Source: Prasinococcaceae sp. CCMP 1430
Lineage: Eukaryota > Plantae > Prasinodermophyta
Length of the DNA stretch: 64,000 nucleotides
NCBI GenBank assembly: GCA_013416795.1
Contig: RQSC01000958.1
Location: 66,204 to 130,203, forward strand
Direction: 5' to 3'
The translations under genes and the position numbers were made by a program. Shown piece after piece: positions 1-10,233 of this stretch. Every line of letters begins with the position of its first letter. Positions within the stretch are counted from its first letter, which is position 1. The notes under the pieces are model-generated. The model had not been told where the DNA came from, ran no database searches, and was given only the letters and a program-made list of their open reading frames with translations.

Positions 1-2
1 AC

Positions 3-227
3 GTCGTTCGGCGCAAGCTCGAGAAGGACGACGTGCTGCTCGTGCTGTGTTCCGACGGCGTGTCGGACGCCATCTCGAACGACGAGATAGTGCGCGCAGC
101 TGGGGTCGCACTCGAGGGCGGGCAAGATCCTGCCGCGGCCGTATGTGATGCCGCGGTGCAGGCATGGGCGGAGAAGTTCGGTCGGCGGCGACGGGACGAC
201 ATCACGGCGGTCGTTGTGAGGCTGTGA
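3..227 (+). CDS. Protein phosphatase 2C (PPM family), C-terminal part; 5' end outside window
   Basis: LLVLCSDGVSDAISNDEIV and terminal RRRDDITAVVVRL are the PP2C metal-binding motifs (SDG, DDIT). Frame is open to the window edge. Confidence 0.88.
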   Translation, partial: VVRRKLEKDDVLLVLCSDGVSDAISNDEIVRAAGVALEGGQDPAAAVCDAAVQAWAEKFGRRRRDDITAVVVRL

Positions 228-480
228 TGGCGGGCGCGCCCTCGCCGCTCTGCGCGTGGAGTCACCGCGCGCGTCCGTGCCCTCGTGGAGGACACATATG
301 AAAGCATAGAGACGAGCGAGCAACTCTGAGCACATCTGTCGCACAGGTAGCTAGAGGGACGCGCCCGTCAAACTACAAAAACATTTTTCGGGTACGACGC
401 AGCAGTCCGATGCCACTCGCTTGAAGCGCCTCGATACGAATGGGTGCGCACTGCTTACGGGTCGAGCGCGATTTGTAGTG

Positions 481-1389
481 TCAGCCAAAGCCCACACCGC
501 CCCTTGCCGACACGTCCTTGTCCTTCGCCCATCGGCTCTGCGCCTTCTCGAAGCTCGAGACCTTCTCAGCCGTCGGGTTCCTCCGTCCACCGCCCTTGCT
601 CTTGCCGGTCTTCATGTCCCGCAGCTGGTTGCGCAGCGCTTCGGCGCGTCTGTGCAGCGGCGGCGGAAGCTTCTCGTCCGCGGCGGACGCGAGCGCATCG
701 ATCGCCATCTCGGCCGCGGTGCGCGCCCAGGCCACGCTGTGCCGAGCGAGCGCTGCCTCCGCGCATCCCACGAGCGCCACGCGCCGCGCCCACAGCAGGC
801 GGAGCTGTCGGCGGCGCTCCGCGCCCTCAACCTCGTCGGCTTCGCCGCCGGGTGCGGGCAATATCTCACGCAGCTCTTCCCCCCTCTCCTCCTCTTCCAG
901 GGGCGGCAGGGCATCCACGCCCTCCCGCAGCTCCTTGCAAGCGCGTTGGAACTCGAAGCTGTCGTCCGTCGTCACAATCGTGCCCTCGAGCACGGTCGTG
1001 ACCAGCCACACGTCGAGCTGTTCGCGCTGGCGCAGGCGGAGCACGCGCGCCTCGTCGGCGGCGCTGAAGAGCGCAGAGTATGCCGGACGCAGCGCCGGAT
1101 CGCGACATCGCGCGAGCTCCTCCTCGCCACTCTCGCCGCGCAGCGAGCTCGCGAGCAGCTCGAGGAGCTCCGGAGCGGCCTCCTTGGTGAGGGCGCCGGG
1201 CGTACGCAGCAGCCGCACCGCCATCGACGCGACCTTGGCCATTTTTTTGGCATGCGCCGCGTGCGCTGTCAGCCGCACGAGCGCCTTTCGGCCGTCGGCC
1301 GCTGGCCCCGCGCCGTCGGCTGCCGCCCCCACACCGTCGCCACTGCAGCCGCCGTCCGTGCGCACCCGCTTCGCCGCCGGCTCCGACAT
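481..1389 (-). CDS. Conserved-looking hypothetical helical protein (~302 aa)
   Basis: ATG at 1389 (MSEPAAKRVR). Normal globular composition (LDVWLVTTVLEGTIVTTDDSFEFQRACKEL), strong GC3 bias, head-to-head with PRP38. Family not identified. Confidence 0.65.
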   Translation of the reverse strand: MSEPAAKRVRTDGGCSGDGVGAAADGAGPAADGRKALVRLTAHAAHAKKMAKVASMAVRLLRTPGALTKEAAPELLELLASSLRGESGEEELARCRDPALRPAYSALFSAADEARVLRLRQREQLDVWLVTTVLEGTIVTTDDSFEFQRACKELREGVDALPPLEEEERGEELREILPAPGGEADEVEGAERRRQLRLLWARRVALVGCAEAALARHSVAWARTAAEMAIDALASAADEKLPPPLHRRAEALRNQLRDMKTGKSKGGGRRNPTAEKVSSFEKAQSRWAKDKDVSARGGVGFG

Positions 1390-1842
1390 TCGCCCGGCGC
1401 CGCACCGCAGAGCGCCGCGCCACCCACGCCGTGCCAGTGTGCGTTGAGTGGGCCTCCCGCGCCGCATGTCGAACTGGAAGAAGCCTGGGAGGCCCAGCCC
1501 TCTGAGCGCCGCGCCACAGAGCGCGCGCGGCACACGCCTCAGAGGAAGAGAGGGGACGGGTCCGCTGTGGGCGGGGTGAAGGGCCGGGGTGGGGGCGGGC
1601 TAGTCCGCTCTCACGTGCCCCCTTCGCTTCCCCACGACCCTTGGAGGCTGCAGGGGCGGGCGGGGCCGCGTGATAGCGTCGCGCAGCCCACGCGCCGCCG
1701 ACGCCGCGCGTGCCCTAGTGGCGCGCCGTCGCGATCGAGGTCTTCGTCGAGAAGGGCATGCGGCATGGGCAAAAGATTGTCTTCCGGGGGAGGCGGGGTT
1801 GGCGCGGGCCGCGCAGGGTCGCGCGCAGCGCGCGCTGCAGCG

Positions 1843-2941
1843 ATGGCGAACAGGACGGACAAGAGTGCCTACGCGCTGCATGGCAAAGACCCTCAGCTGC
1901 TTGTGGAGAAGATCCTGCGCAATAAGGTGTACGAGTCGCTCTACTGGAAGGAGAAGTGCTTCGGCCTTAACGAGGAGGGCATCCTCGACGAGGCCGTCGT
2001 CGCAATCAGCGAATACGGAGGGCCCGCCGCTCCGAACAATGCGAAGGGTGTGTGCGCGGGACTGGGCGCCACGCGACGGTTGTGCGCGATGGCGGACCCG
2101 GTGCAAGAACATGTGTCTGCGTCGGCGCCCGTTTGGGAGGAGCAGCGACGCCCCCAGGCCCGCGCGGCTTTGCGCCGCCGCCAGCGTGCTGACCGCCACC
2201 TCCCCGCGCCGGTCCGCTCCCTGTGCCTCCACAGTCACTCCGTTCCTCTCCCTCCTGCTGAAAACGCTGGCGATCCAGCCGAAGCGCGACATAGTCCTCG
2301 AGCTTATTAGGAACGAGGATTTCAAGTACGTCCGTCTGCTCGGTGCCCTGTACCTGCGCATGACGGGCCGCCCCGCAGAGGTATACAACTACCTCGAGCC
2401 CTTGTACAATGACTACCGGCGCGTGCGCGTGCGCAACGTGGACGGCTCGCTGTCGCTGAAGCGCGTGGACGAGGTGGCGCGGGAGATGCTTACGAGCGAC
2501 ACGACGATCGGCATCGCGTTGCCGCGCCTGCCCAAGCGCTCCGCGCTCGAGGAAAGCGGCATCCTCAAAGGCGCGCGCAAGAGCGCGCTCGCGGACGAGT
2601 TCGAGGCGGCCAAGGTCAAGCGCCTCCAAGAGCTCGAGGAGGAGAAGGCGAGGGAGCTGGAAGAAATCGGGGCAGCGGTGCAGGCGGAGCGGGAGAGGGG
2701 GCGGGACGGCGGCAGCGATCGCGGCAAGCGGAGGCGCGACCGTGCAGATGGTTTCGGCGGGTACGGCGAGCCGCGGAGTGCGCGAGAGGACAAGGAACAA
2801 GGCGAGTACGACGCAGGCGGCGACGCGCGTGGCGATGGCGGCAGCGGCGGCGGAAACGGCGGCGGTGGCAAAGACGAGCTTGACGTTGACGCGACGAACG
2901 CGCTGCGCGCTAAGCTTGGCCTCGCACCGCTCAAGGAATAG
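1843..2941 (+). CDS. PRP38: Pre-mRNA splicing factor PRP38; exons 1843-2047, 2235-2941
   Basis: MANRTD..HGKDPQLLVEKILRNKVYESLYWKEKCFGL, then after intron 2048-2234 (GT..CTGAC..CAG) TPFLSLLLK..IQP..FKYVRLLGALYLRMTG..YLEPLYNDYRR. C-terminal HIND-like TNALRAKLGLAPL. Confidence 0.96.
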
Positions 2942-3019
2942 AGCACGCGTGTCGCAGTAATGTACAGTACCAATACAATGAAATCAAACAACAGTGGCTT
3001 TGGCGCCTTCGTGAATGCC

Positions 3020-5004
3020 TCACCGTCGTGCCATGTCCTCATTTCTCCGCGCCCGCTTGGACGGCCTGGCCGCTCCGGCGGTCCCAGCGGCACCGCCCTG
3101 GTCGGACGAGAGCATCGTGACCGAGTCGACACGGAAGAGCGGCTGCGCGGTGTATCCCGCAGAGCCTTCGAACCGCCCGGTGAAGAGCAACTTGGCTGAT
3201 GCATTGCGCTGCCCAAGCCCAAGCGCTGCTAGCTGTGCGAGGGCCGAGTCGGCAGCATCGGGTCGCGCATGCTCGCCATCCCCAAACCCAGCCATCGGGA
3301 CCACAGAAGCGCTACCAGCGTCTCCCGTCCGCACGAGCGCATCGCGTATTGCCTGTGGGGATGCGCCCACGACGGCAGACTCGACGCCGCGATGCGTGAG
3401 CACGGCGTCCAGCACGGCGACAGCGCCATCGCTACCGGCGTCAGTGGCCGTGTTATGAGCTAGCTGGCGCGGCTCGGTGAGCCTGATTGCCATCTCGCGG
3501 AAGAGCACTGCTGGCACGTGCTCGTCGTCAGCCGTGCCATCGGCGGCAGGGCAGGCCTCCCAGGCGGTCACCAGCACACCAGCGTCACTGCGACGCAGAC
3601 ACGCCTTACAGCGCGCGCAACCGTCGAAGAGGTGCGCCGCAAGCTCAGCACGCCCAGCCGCGGCTGCCGGCGGCGCCTCGACAACCCCTTCCACCTCAGC
3701 CGCGCCTGAGCGCGCCCCGAACCGCGCGCTGGCAGCAGCGAGCGATAGTCGCAGGGTCTCGCCGCGCGCACCACCCGCACAGGCGAATGCAGCGGCGACA
3801 GCGGCGGCAGCTACGTCGGTGCGCGTGTCGACTAGCTCCAGTAGGCCATGCGATTCGTGGTTCTTGCGCGCGCTGACGTCTGTGCCGGCAGACGCCCTCG
3901 CGTCCAACGTCACGAGCACAGCTCGCTCCGGCTCGCTCGCGCGCAGCCTCCGCCGCTCCACGCGCACGCCGCGCGCGGCCACGACGGCGCTAGTCAGCGT
4001 GAGGCGCAACGCCTGCGCGCTGCCCTCGGCGCGCGCGGTCTCGGGCTCCAAGAAGAGCGGTACGTGGCTGGGGAGTGCAGGCGACTGCGAAAGCCACAGC
4101 ACAGCGCCGCCGTCGGCGCGCTCATCCACGCGTACCACGTAGCCTCTAAAGTCACCGATGGTGCCTGCTACGAGCGCGCCCTGCCGCAGCCCGTCTTGCA
4201 GGTCCCCTCCAGCTGCAGTCGCCCCATCCCTGTTGTCACCACTCGCTCGGGCCTCGCGGAGAAGCGCGCGCATGCGCCGTGCCCACGGCAGCAGCTCAGC
4301 GAGAGCTTTGCGCGCATGCGGCACGCATGCATGCTCTGCGCGCCTCGCCACGGCCCTTCAAGGTCATGGTGTCGATAGGTGGCGTGTGTGCGTGTGTGCG
4401 TGTGTGTGCGCGCGCGCGCGCGCGTGCGCGCGCGTGGGGTGGTGTGAGGGGGGCGTGTGTGAGGGGGGCGAAGGTGCAGGGGGGTGGGTGTTAGGCGAAG
4501 ACGCCACGTGCGCAGCGTCAGCGAGAACGCCAGCGCGTACTGCCTGAAGCTCTTCGTGAGAGCGTGGGTGCGCGACTGCACGCACTTTGTGAGTTCTTCG
4601 TCGGCGCTGACCAGCATTTCAATCCAAGCAGTGCCTCCACGCTCCCGACGCGCGAGTGGACCAGCCGAGACATCTCCTCCGCCGCCGCCACCGTACAGCC
4701 TCCCACCTTTGGCCACGGTGCCGGTGCGGGGACGCACGCCGCGAAGCAGCACGACGCTACCTGCTGGCGGCGCAGGCGCCCGCGCCCCGGCACCCCAGAC
4801 GCTGAGTGTCGCCGCTGTGCAGCTAGCATCGCCAACGCACAGCTCGCGCACGCACGAGGCGTACCGTCCCACGCCCTCCCGCAGCTCGCCGGACGAAAGC
4901 AGGACCGCCACCATGTCGAAACCTGCTCGCTGCTGCTGCTGCCGCTGCTGCTGCCGCTGTTGCTGCTGCTGCCGCTGTTGCTGCTGCTGCTCCTGCTGAG
5001 CCAT
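3020..5004 (-). CDS. Multi-OB-fold putative ssDNA-binding protein with CxxC Zn site (SHLD2/RPA70-like); probable intron ~4356-4585
   Basis: After polyQ: FDMVAVLLSSGELRE..RELCVGDAS..TLSVWG..GSVVLLRGVR (OB-fold pattern). C-terminal FDGCARCK..EACP followed by FREMAIRLTE. A GTGCGT donor at 4585 is in phase with an AAG acceptor at 4356. Confidence 0.55.
4930..4990. repeat. (CTG)n/CAG trinucleotide repeat encoding polyQ
   Basis: Directly visible; translates as QQQQQRQQQQ on the minus strand. Confidence 0.9.
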
Positions 5005-5452
5005 CTGTCGCGGCTGCCGTTGCTGTCCATTCTCCGATCGCGCCCGACACGGGGCGAGCGCGGCCACGCCACACGCGCGCGGCATCATGGCGCGTGCCCT
5101 GGCCTGTGTCCCTGCCCCGGCGCCGCTCGGCGCCGCCGCGGGGGGGCGCAATGTGGCGCCGCGATGCAGAGTTGGCGGATAGCTGGCAGATTTTGATGGA
5201 GCCTTGTCCTTGTGTGCCTTTGCTCCGTTGCCTCCTTGCTTGCCCCGTTATGCCACACACGCCCACACACACAAGAGTCCCGACGGCCCCTTCGCGGCGC
5301 TCCATCTTCTCGGTGCCGAGCGCTGTGGGCAAGTCCGAGCCATGACACACGCACACTCAGACGACACACAGATGGCACAGAGACGCGCGATCAACATGCG
5401 GTGGAGAGCGCGACGTTGCAAAGCACGAAATCATTAGCTCTCACGCGCATTC

Positions 5453-8074
5453 TCAATTGAACGCCGACCCCGGTTCGGGCATCCCTAGCGCAGCGGCGGC
5501 GTCGCTCATGGCCGCCTGGAATTCCGAGCGTGCGTCGGCGGCCTGCGCGGCGGCGGTGCCGTCCGTGCCCATCGCCTCGATGCCCGTCGAATCCGCCTGC
5601 ACGCGCACCTCCAGGCGCTCCTTCGAGCCGCAGCTGGCCACTACCATGCTCGTGTCGCCGCCGGCGGCGGAACCGCACTCGAATAGGATGACGTCGTCCT
5701 GCGCGCCGCCCATCCCCGAAAGGAGCGCCTCGGCCGCGACGTCCTCCACCAGGCGTTGCACCGCGCGGCGCAGCGGGCGCGCGCCGAACGACGGGCTGAA
5801 GCCCTCTGAGCAGATGCGCGCGCGCAGCGCCGGCCCCACCTCGAGCGTCGAGCCGCACGCCGCCTGCACGCGCTGTGCCACGCCCGCGAGCATGATGCTC
5901 GCAATGCTCTGGAGCTCGTCCTCCACCAGCGGGCGGAAGGTTATGATCTCATCCATGCGGTTCAGGAACTCGGGGCGGTAGCGCGAGAGGAGCTCTTCGC
6001 GCACCGCCGTGGCCGTGGCCGCGTACACCTCCTCCTCCGACGACGAACCGTCCGCCGCCGCGCGCACCGTCTCCAGGATGGCACCCGAGCCCACATTCGA
6101 GGTCATCACGATGACGGTGCTGGTGAAGTCCACAGTCCGTCCCTTGCTATCGGTCAAGCGTCCGTCCTCGAGCACCTGCAGCAGCACGTTGAAGACGTCC
6201 GCGTGCGCCTTCTCCATTTCGTCGAGGAGCACCACAGTGTAGGGCGTGCGCCTCACCGCGTCCGTGAGCTGCCCACCCTCTTCGTAGCCCACGTACCCCG
6301 GGGGTGGCCCGACCAGCCGAGACACCGCCTGTGCCTCCATGTACTCAGACATATCCAGCCGCACCATGTTGTCCTCCGAGCCGTAGTAGCACTCCGCGAT
6401 GGCCTTCACCAGTTCGCTCTTGCCTACGCCGGTTGGGCCCGCGAAGAGCAGACTAGCGAGCGGCCGCTGCGACGACGAGAGACCCGAGCGCGCGCGCCTG
6501 ATGGCGCGCGCCAGCGCCTTCACAGCCTGGTGTTGCCCCACCACGCGCTCGGCCATTTGCGCCTCGAGCGTGAGCAGTGCCGCCGCGTCCGACGTGCTGA
6601 GCTTGTTCACTGGCACTCCCGTCCACTGGGAGACCACCGACGCCACGTGGCGCTCCTCGACGCGCCGGCCCGCGCTGGCCGCGCTGTCGCCCGCCCGCTC
6701 CAGCTGATAGACCTCCATCTGCAGCATGGCGCCGGCCTCGTCCACAAGGTCGATCGCCTTGTCCGGCAGGAAGCGGTCGTTGATGTAGCGCACCGAATAC
6801 TGCACGGCGGCGACGATCGCCTCATCGGTGTACGCCACCTCGTGGTGGGAGGCGTACTTGGCGACGATGCCTCGCAGGATGTCCTCGGTGTCCGCCTTCG
6901 ACGGCTCGTCGATCGAAACCGGCTGGAAGCGGCGCTCCAGTGCGGGGTCCTTCTCGATGTACCGACGGTACTCGTCCACGGTGGTGGCACCGATGCACTG
7001 CAGCTCGCCGCGCGCCAGCGCAGGCTTGAGCAGGTTCGCGGCATCCATGCTGCCCTCGTCGCCCGCCGCACCGGCGCCCACCAGCATGTGAATCTCGTCG
7101 ATGAAGAGAATGATATCGCCCGCCTCCTTCACTTCCTCGAGCAGGTTCTTGAGGCGCGCCTCGAACTCTCCGCGGTACTTCGTGTCGGCCAGCAGCAGCC
7201 CGAGCTGCAGTGAAATCACCTTCTTGTCCAGCAGCCGCTTGGGCACGTCGGCGTCCACGATGCGCAGCGCGATCGCCTCCGCCACGGCCGTCTTGCCGAC
7301 GCCCGGATCGCCGGTGAGGCAAGGGTTGGACTTGCGTCGCCTCACGAGCACGCGCATCATGCGCTCGACCTCTTCGTCGCGCCCGATGACGGGGTCGAGG
7401 CGCCCCTCGCGCGCCTCCTTGGTGAGGTCCACGCCGCACTCCTCGAGCACGGACTTGACCCTCGGCCGGCGCAGCTTGCCGGCGCCCACCGGCTGCTTCT
7501 CATCCTCCTCCTTGTCTAGGAGGACGTCCACGTACTGCATGTCCACCTCCATCTGCACCAGCATCTTGTGCGCGCCGCCGCTCTCGAAGCGCAGCGCCGC
7601 GCGCACCACCTCCTTGGTCGTCACGCTCGCGCCCAGCTCGCCAGCGTCCGCCAGCACCTCCAGCGTCTCTTGTGCGAGCGGCAGCTCAGCGGGCGCGCCA
7701 CTGGCGCCGGCCTTGGCGAGGCCGCTGTTGAACATCTTTTCAAGGCGCTTGAGGTCGCTCGGCGACGTCTTTGCGCTGTCCTCGAGGGCCTTCTTGACGG
7801 CCTCCTCGGTCGCGCCCGCCGTCGCCAGCGCGCGGCCGCCGACGCTCTTCTTCTGCGCGCACACGCCCGCCAGCACGTGCTCTGTGCGCACCTCCGAGCA
7901 CCCGTACAGCTGCGCGACGGCCATGGCCTCGCCCACGGCGCGCACCGCCTCCGCGTCGAAGCGCGCGAAAGGCACCTCGCGCCCCGACCCGCCTGCGCCC
8001 GCCATCGCCCGTACGGATAACTCTCTCTCCGACTGTGGGCTGCGTCGCGCGCACGCCCGCGACATTCCAACCAT
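5453..8074 (-). CDS. Hsp100/Clp AAA+ ATPase (ClpC/ClpD-like), probably plastid-targeted
   Basis: Clp-N domain (TEHVLAG), [10 protein letters not shown], Walker [33 protein letters not shown], second Walker [25 protein letters not shown]. The N-terminus ending in SVRA resembles a transit peptide. Start ambiguous (8074/8065/8005). Confidence 0.93.
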   Translation of the reverse strand: MVGMSRACARRSPQSERELSVRAMAGAGGSGREVPFARFDAEAVRAVGEAMAVAQLYGCSEVRTEHVLAGVCAQKKSVGGRALATAGATEEAVKKALEDSAKTSPSDLKRLEKMFNSGLAKAGASGAPAELPLAQETLEVLADAGELGASVTTKEVVRAALRFESGGAHKMLVQMEVDMQYVDVLLDKEEDEKQPVGAGKLRRPRVKSVLEECGVDLTKEAREGRLDPVIGRDEEVERMMRVLVRRRKSNPCLTGDPGVGKTAVAEAIALRIVDADVPKRLLDKKVISLQLGLLLADTKYRGEFEARLKNLLEEVKEAGDIILFIDEIHMLVGAGAAGDEGSMDAANLLKPALARGELQCIGATTVDEYRRYIEKDPALERRFQPVSIDEPSKADTEDILRGIVAKYASHHEVAYTDEAIVAAVQYSVRYINDRFLPDKAIDLVDEAGAMLQMEVYQLERAGDSAASAGRRVEERHVASVVSQWTGVPVNKLSTSDAAALLTLEAQMAERVVGQHQAVKALARAIRRARSGLSSSQRPLASLLFAGPTGVGKSELVKAIAECYYGSEDNMVRLDMSEYMEAQAVSRLVGPPPGYVGYEEGGQLTDAVRRTPYTVVLLDEMEKAHADVFNVLLQVLEDGRLTDSKGRTVDFTSTVIVMTSNVGSGAILETVRAAADGSSSEEEVYAATATAVREELLSRYRPEFLNRMDEIITFRPLVEDELQSIASIMLAGVAQRVQAACGSTLEVGPALRARICSEGFSPSFGARPLRRAVQRLVEDVAAEALLSGMGGAQDDVILFECGSAAGGDTSMVVASCGSKERLEVRVQADSTGIEAMGTDGTAAAQAADARSEFQAAMSDAAAALGMPEPGSAFN

Positions 8075-8981
8075 CAAAATGAAAGGACGCGTCCTAACCC
8101 TAAACATTGCGGCCCGCTTCGATGTAACACCCTGCTTCGCCCCGGGGAAAAGGAAAGTCGCAGCCTGCGAAAAGGGTTTGCGAATTCAAACCTGCATTGC
8201 AATGCATTGCATTGCAACGCACGTTTGAAATGTGCCACCGTGAGGAGGTGCCGCGAGGGTGTTCGTGGGCGCGCACCGGCGAGGCGGCGTGCCGGCCAGA
8301 GAGCGCGCCCGCGACGCACCCCTCCTCCCCCAGCTCCGCCCTCGCCCTCTCGGGTGGGGCGCACCCTCGATGGCCGCGGCGGCGCGCGCGCGCGACCCCC
8401 GCGGGCGCCCCGCACCGCGCCGCCATCCCGACGACCGCCAAACCCCACGGCGGCGGGACCGCTACCGCCGCCGCCACCACCACCACCACCTCCACCAACG
8501 ACGACGACCACCACCACCACGACACCCCCTTCCCTCCCTCCCCCTCCCTCCCCCCCACCGCGCGCCGTGTGGCGCACCCTCTGCTCTCCCCCGCCGCCGC
8601 GCGCGCCACGCACACGCCCGCCAATTCGCGCGCGAATCGCGCGAATCCGCAAACGCTCCCGCCTCGAACGCCAGCCGAAACGCAACGCGAAAGGGGGGGC
8701 GCCGCGCCCCGAATTCGCGGAAAGGCGCCGCCGTAAGGAGCGCCATGCGAACCTTACACTGTACATCGATCGATCGAAGTGAAGGCGCTCGAGCGCCATC
8801 ATCGCGTGGGTGCGTGCAATTAAAAAAAAAAAAAGGTTGTAAAAAACACGTGTGTGCGCGCGCGGGATCGAAAGGACGCACTGTGCTGTAAAAAACGGGA
8901 GAATCAGCCGACCCCGCCCCCCACCCCCCACCCCGACCCCCGGCGCGGATCCGCGAGCGCGCGCGCGCCGAGCGGCGCCGC

Positions 8982-9074
8982 NNNNNNNNNNNNNNNNNNN
9001 NNNNNNNNNNNNNNNNNNNNNNNNNNNNNNNNNNNNNNNNNNNNNNNNNNNNNNNNNNNNNNNNNNNNNNNNNN
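8982..9074. other. Assembly gap (N run)
   Basis: Run of n. Confidence 0.99.
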
Positions 9075-10158
9075 CGGCGGCGGAGGGCGGGCACGGCCGC
9101 AACGAGCGCCTCCGGGGCGCGGCTCGCGCGCAGGGACGAGGGCGAGGGCGCGGCGGCCGTGCGACTGTGGCGCCCGGCGGCGGATGTGTCGCCGATGTTT
9201 GTGCACAGGGAGGTCTTCGTGGTGAGGCCGGCCGCTCGCGCTCGGCGGGCGCGCTTGGGCTTGCGCAGCGCCCGCGCCTCGCACCGTCGCAGAGAGGAGC
9301 CGCTGACGTGCCGCGCGCCCCGCCCGCTGCGCCGACCAGGATGAGTGCTACCTGCAACACGGGGTGACGCTGCGCGAGGGCGACATCGTGGTTGATGTGG
9401 GCGCAAATGTGGGGCTCTTCGCGCTGTTCGCCTCGCGGCGTGTGGGCGCGCGTGGCGCGGTCCTGGCGTTCGAGCCCGCGCCAGACACCTTCGAGTGCCT
9501 CGAGCGCAACATCGCGGAGGAGTGCGCGGCACGCCCTAATGGCGCGGCTGGTGCCGGGAGGGTGTACGCACAGAGGCTCGCAGTGTCTGACCAGCGCCGA
9601 AGCTTGGCCTCCGTGACCGTGTATCCGCAAGCCACGGGCTGGAGCACGCTCGAGCCCGCGCCAGCGTCTGTGGCCGCGGACGTTGCCGCCTTCGCGAAAA
9701 GCGGCGGCGATGTGGCGGGCGAGTTCGTTCCAGGTGGCGCGGGCGCATTCCTGCGCCGCGCGCTGCCAGCCGGCGCCATCGAGGCCGTCGGGAGCGTCGC
9801 CGCCCGCGTGCTGATGCGGGGCGCATACTCTACGCCATGTACGGTGTGCTCGCTCCCAGAGGCGCTCGCGTGCGACGGCTCGCCTCTGGCGGGCAAGGGC
9901 AATAGGGGAAAGCCCATCGCGCTCCTCAAGGTGGACGTCGAGCGCCACGAGATGGACGTGCTGCGTGGCATCGACGCGCGCACGTGGCGGCGCATACGCC
10001 AGGTGGCAATGGAGGTGCACGACACCTCCGGCAGCGAGCGTGACCGCGTGGCTGCCGCCGAGGCGCTCCTGCGAAAGCGCGGTTTCAGGCGCGTGACCGT
10101 CACGCAGCCGCCTGAGCTCTCGGGGAGCGATCTGTACAACATCTTCGCTGTGCGCTGA
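9075..10158 (+). CDS. FkbM-family SAM-dependent methyltransferase; intron 9222-9339; 5' end lost in gap
   Basis: Spliced MFVHREVFV|DECYLQHGVTLREGDIVVDVGANVGLF, AFEPAP, LLKVDVERHEMDVLRGI..IRQVAMEVH. Confidence 0.9.
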
Positions 10159-10233
10159 CCGATGAGCACGCCACGCGACGCAGAGTGTCTAATATGTACA
10201 GTATTGTTTCAATGGTGGCACACTGCACAGACG

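Noticed and set aside
8197-8981. Gene in the low-complexity region before the first gap
   Set aside because: Homopolymer- and trinucleotide-rich, probably low-quality sequence; no recognisable protein.
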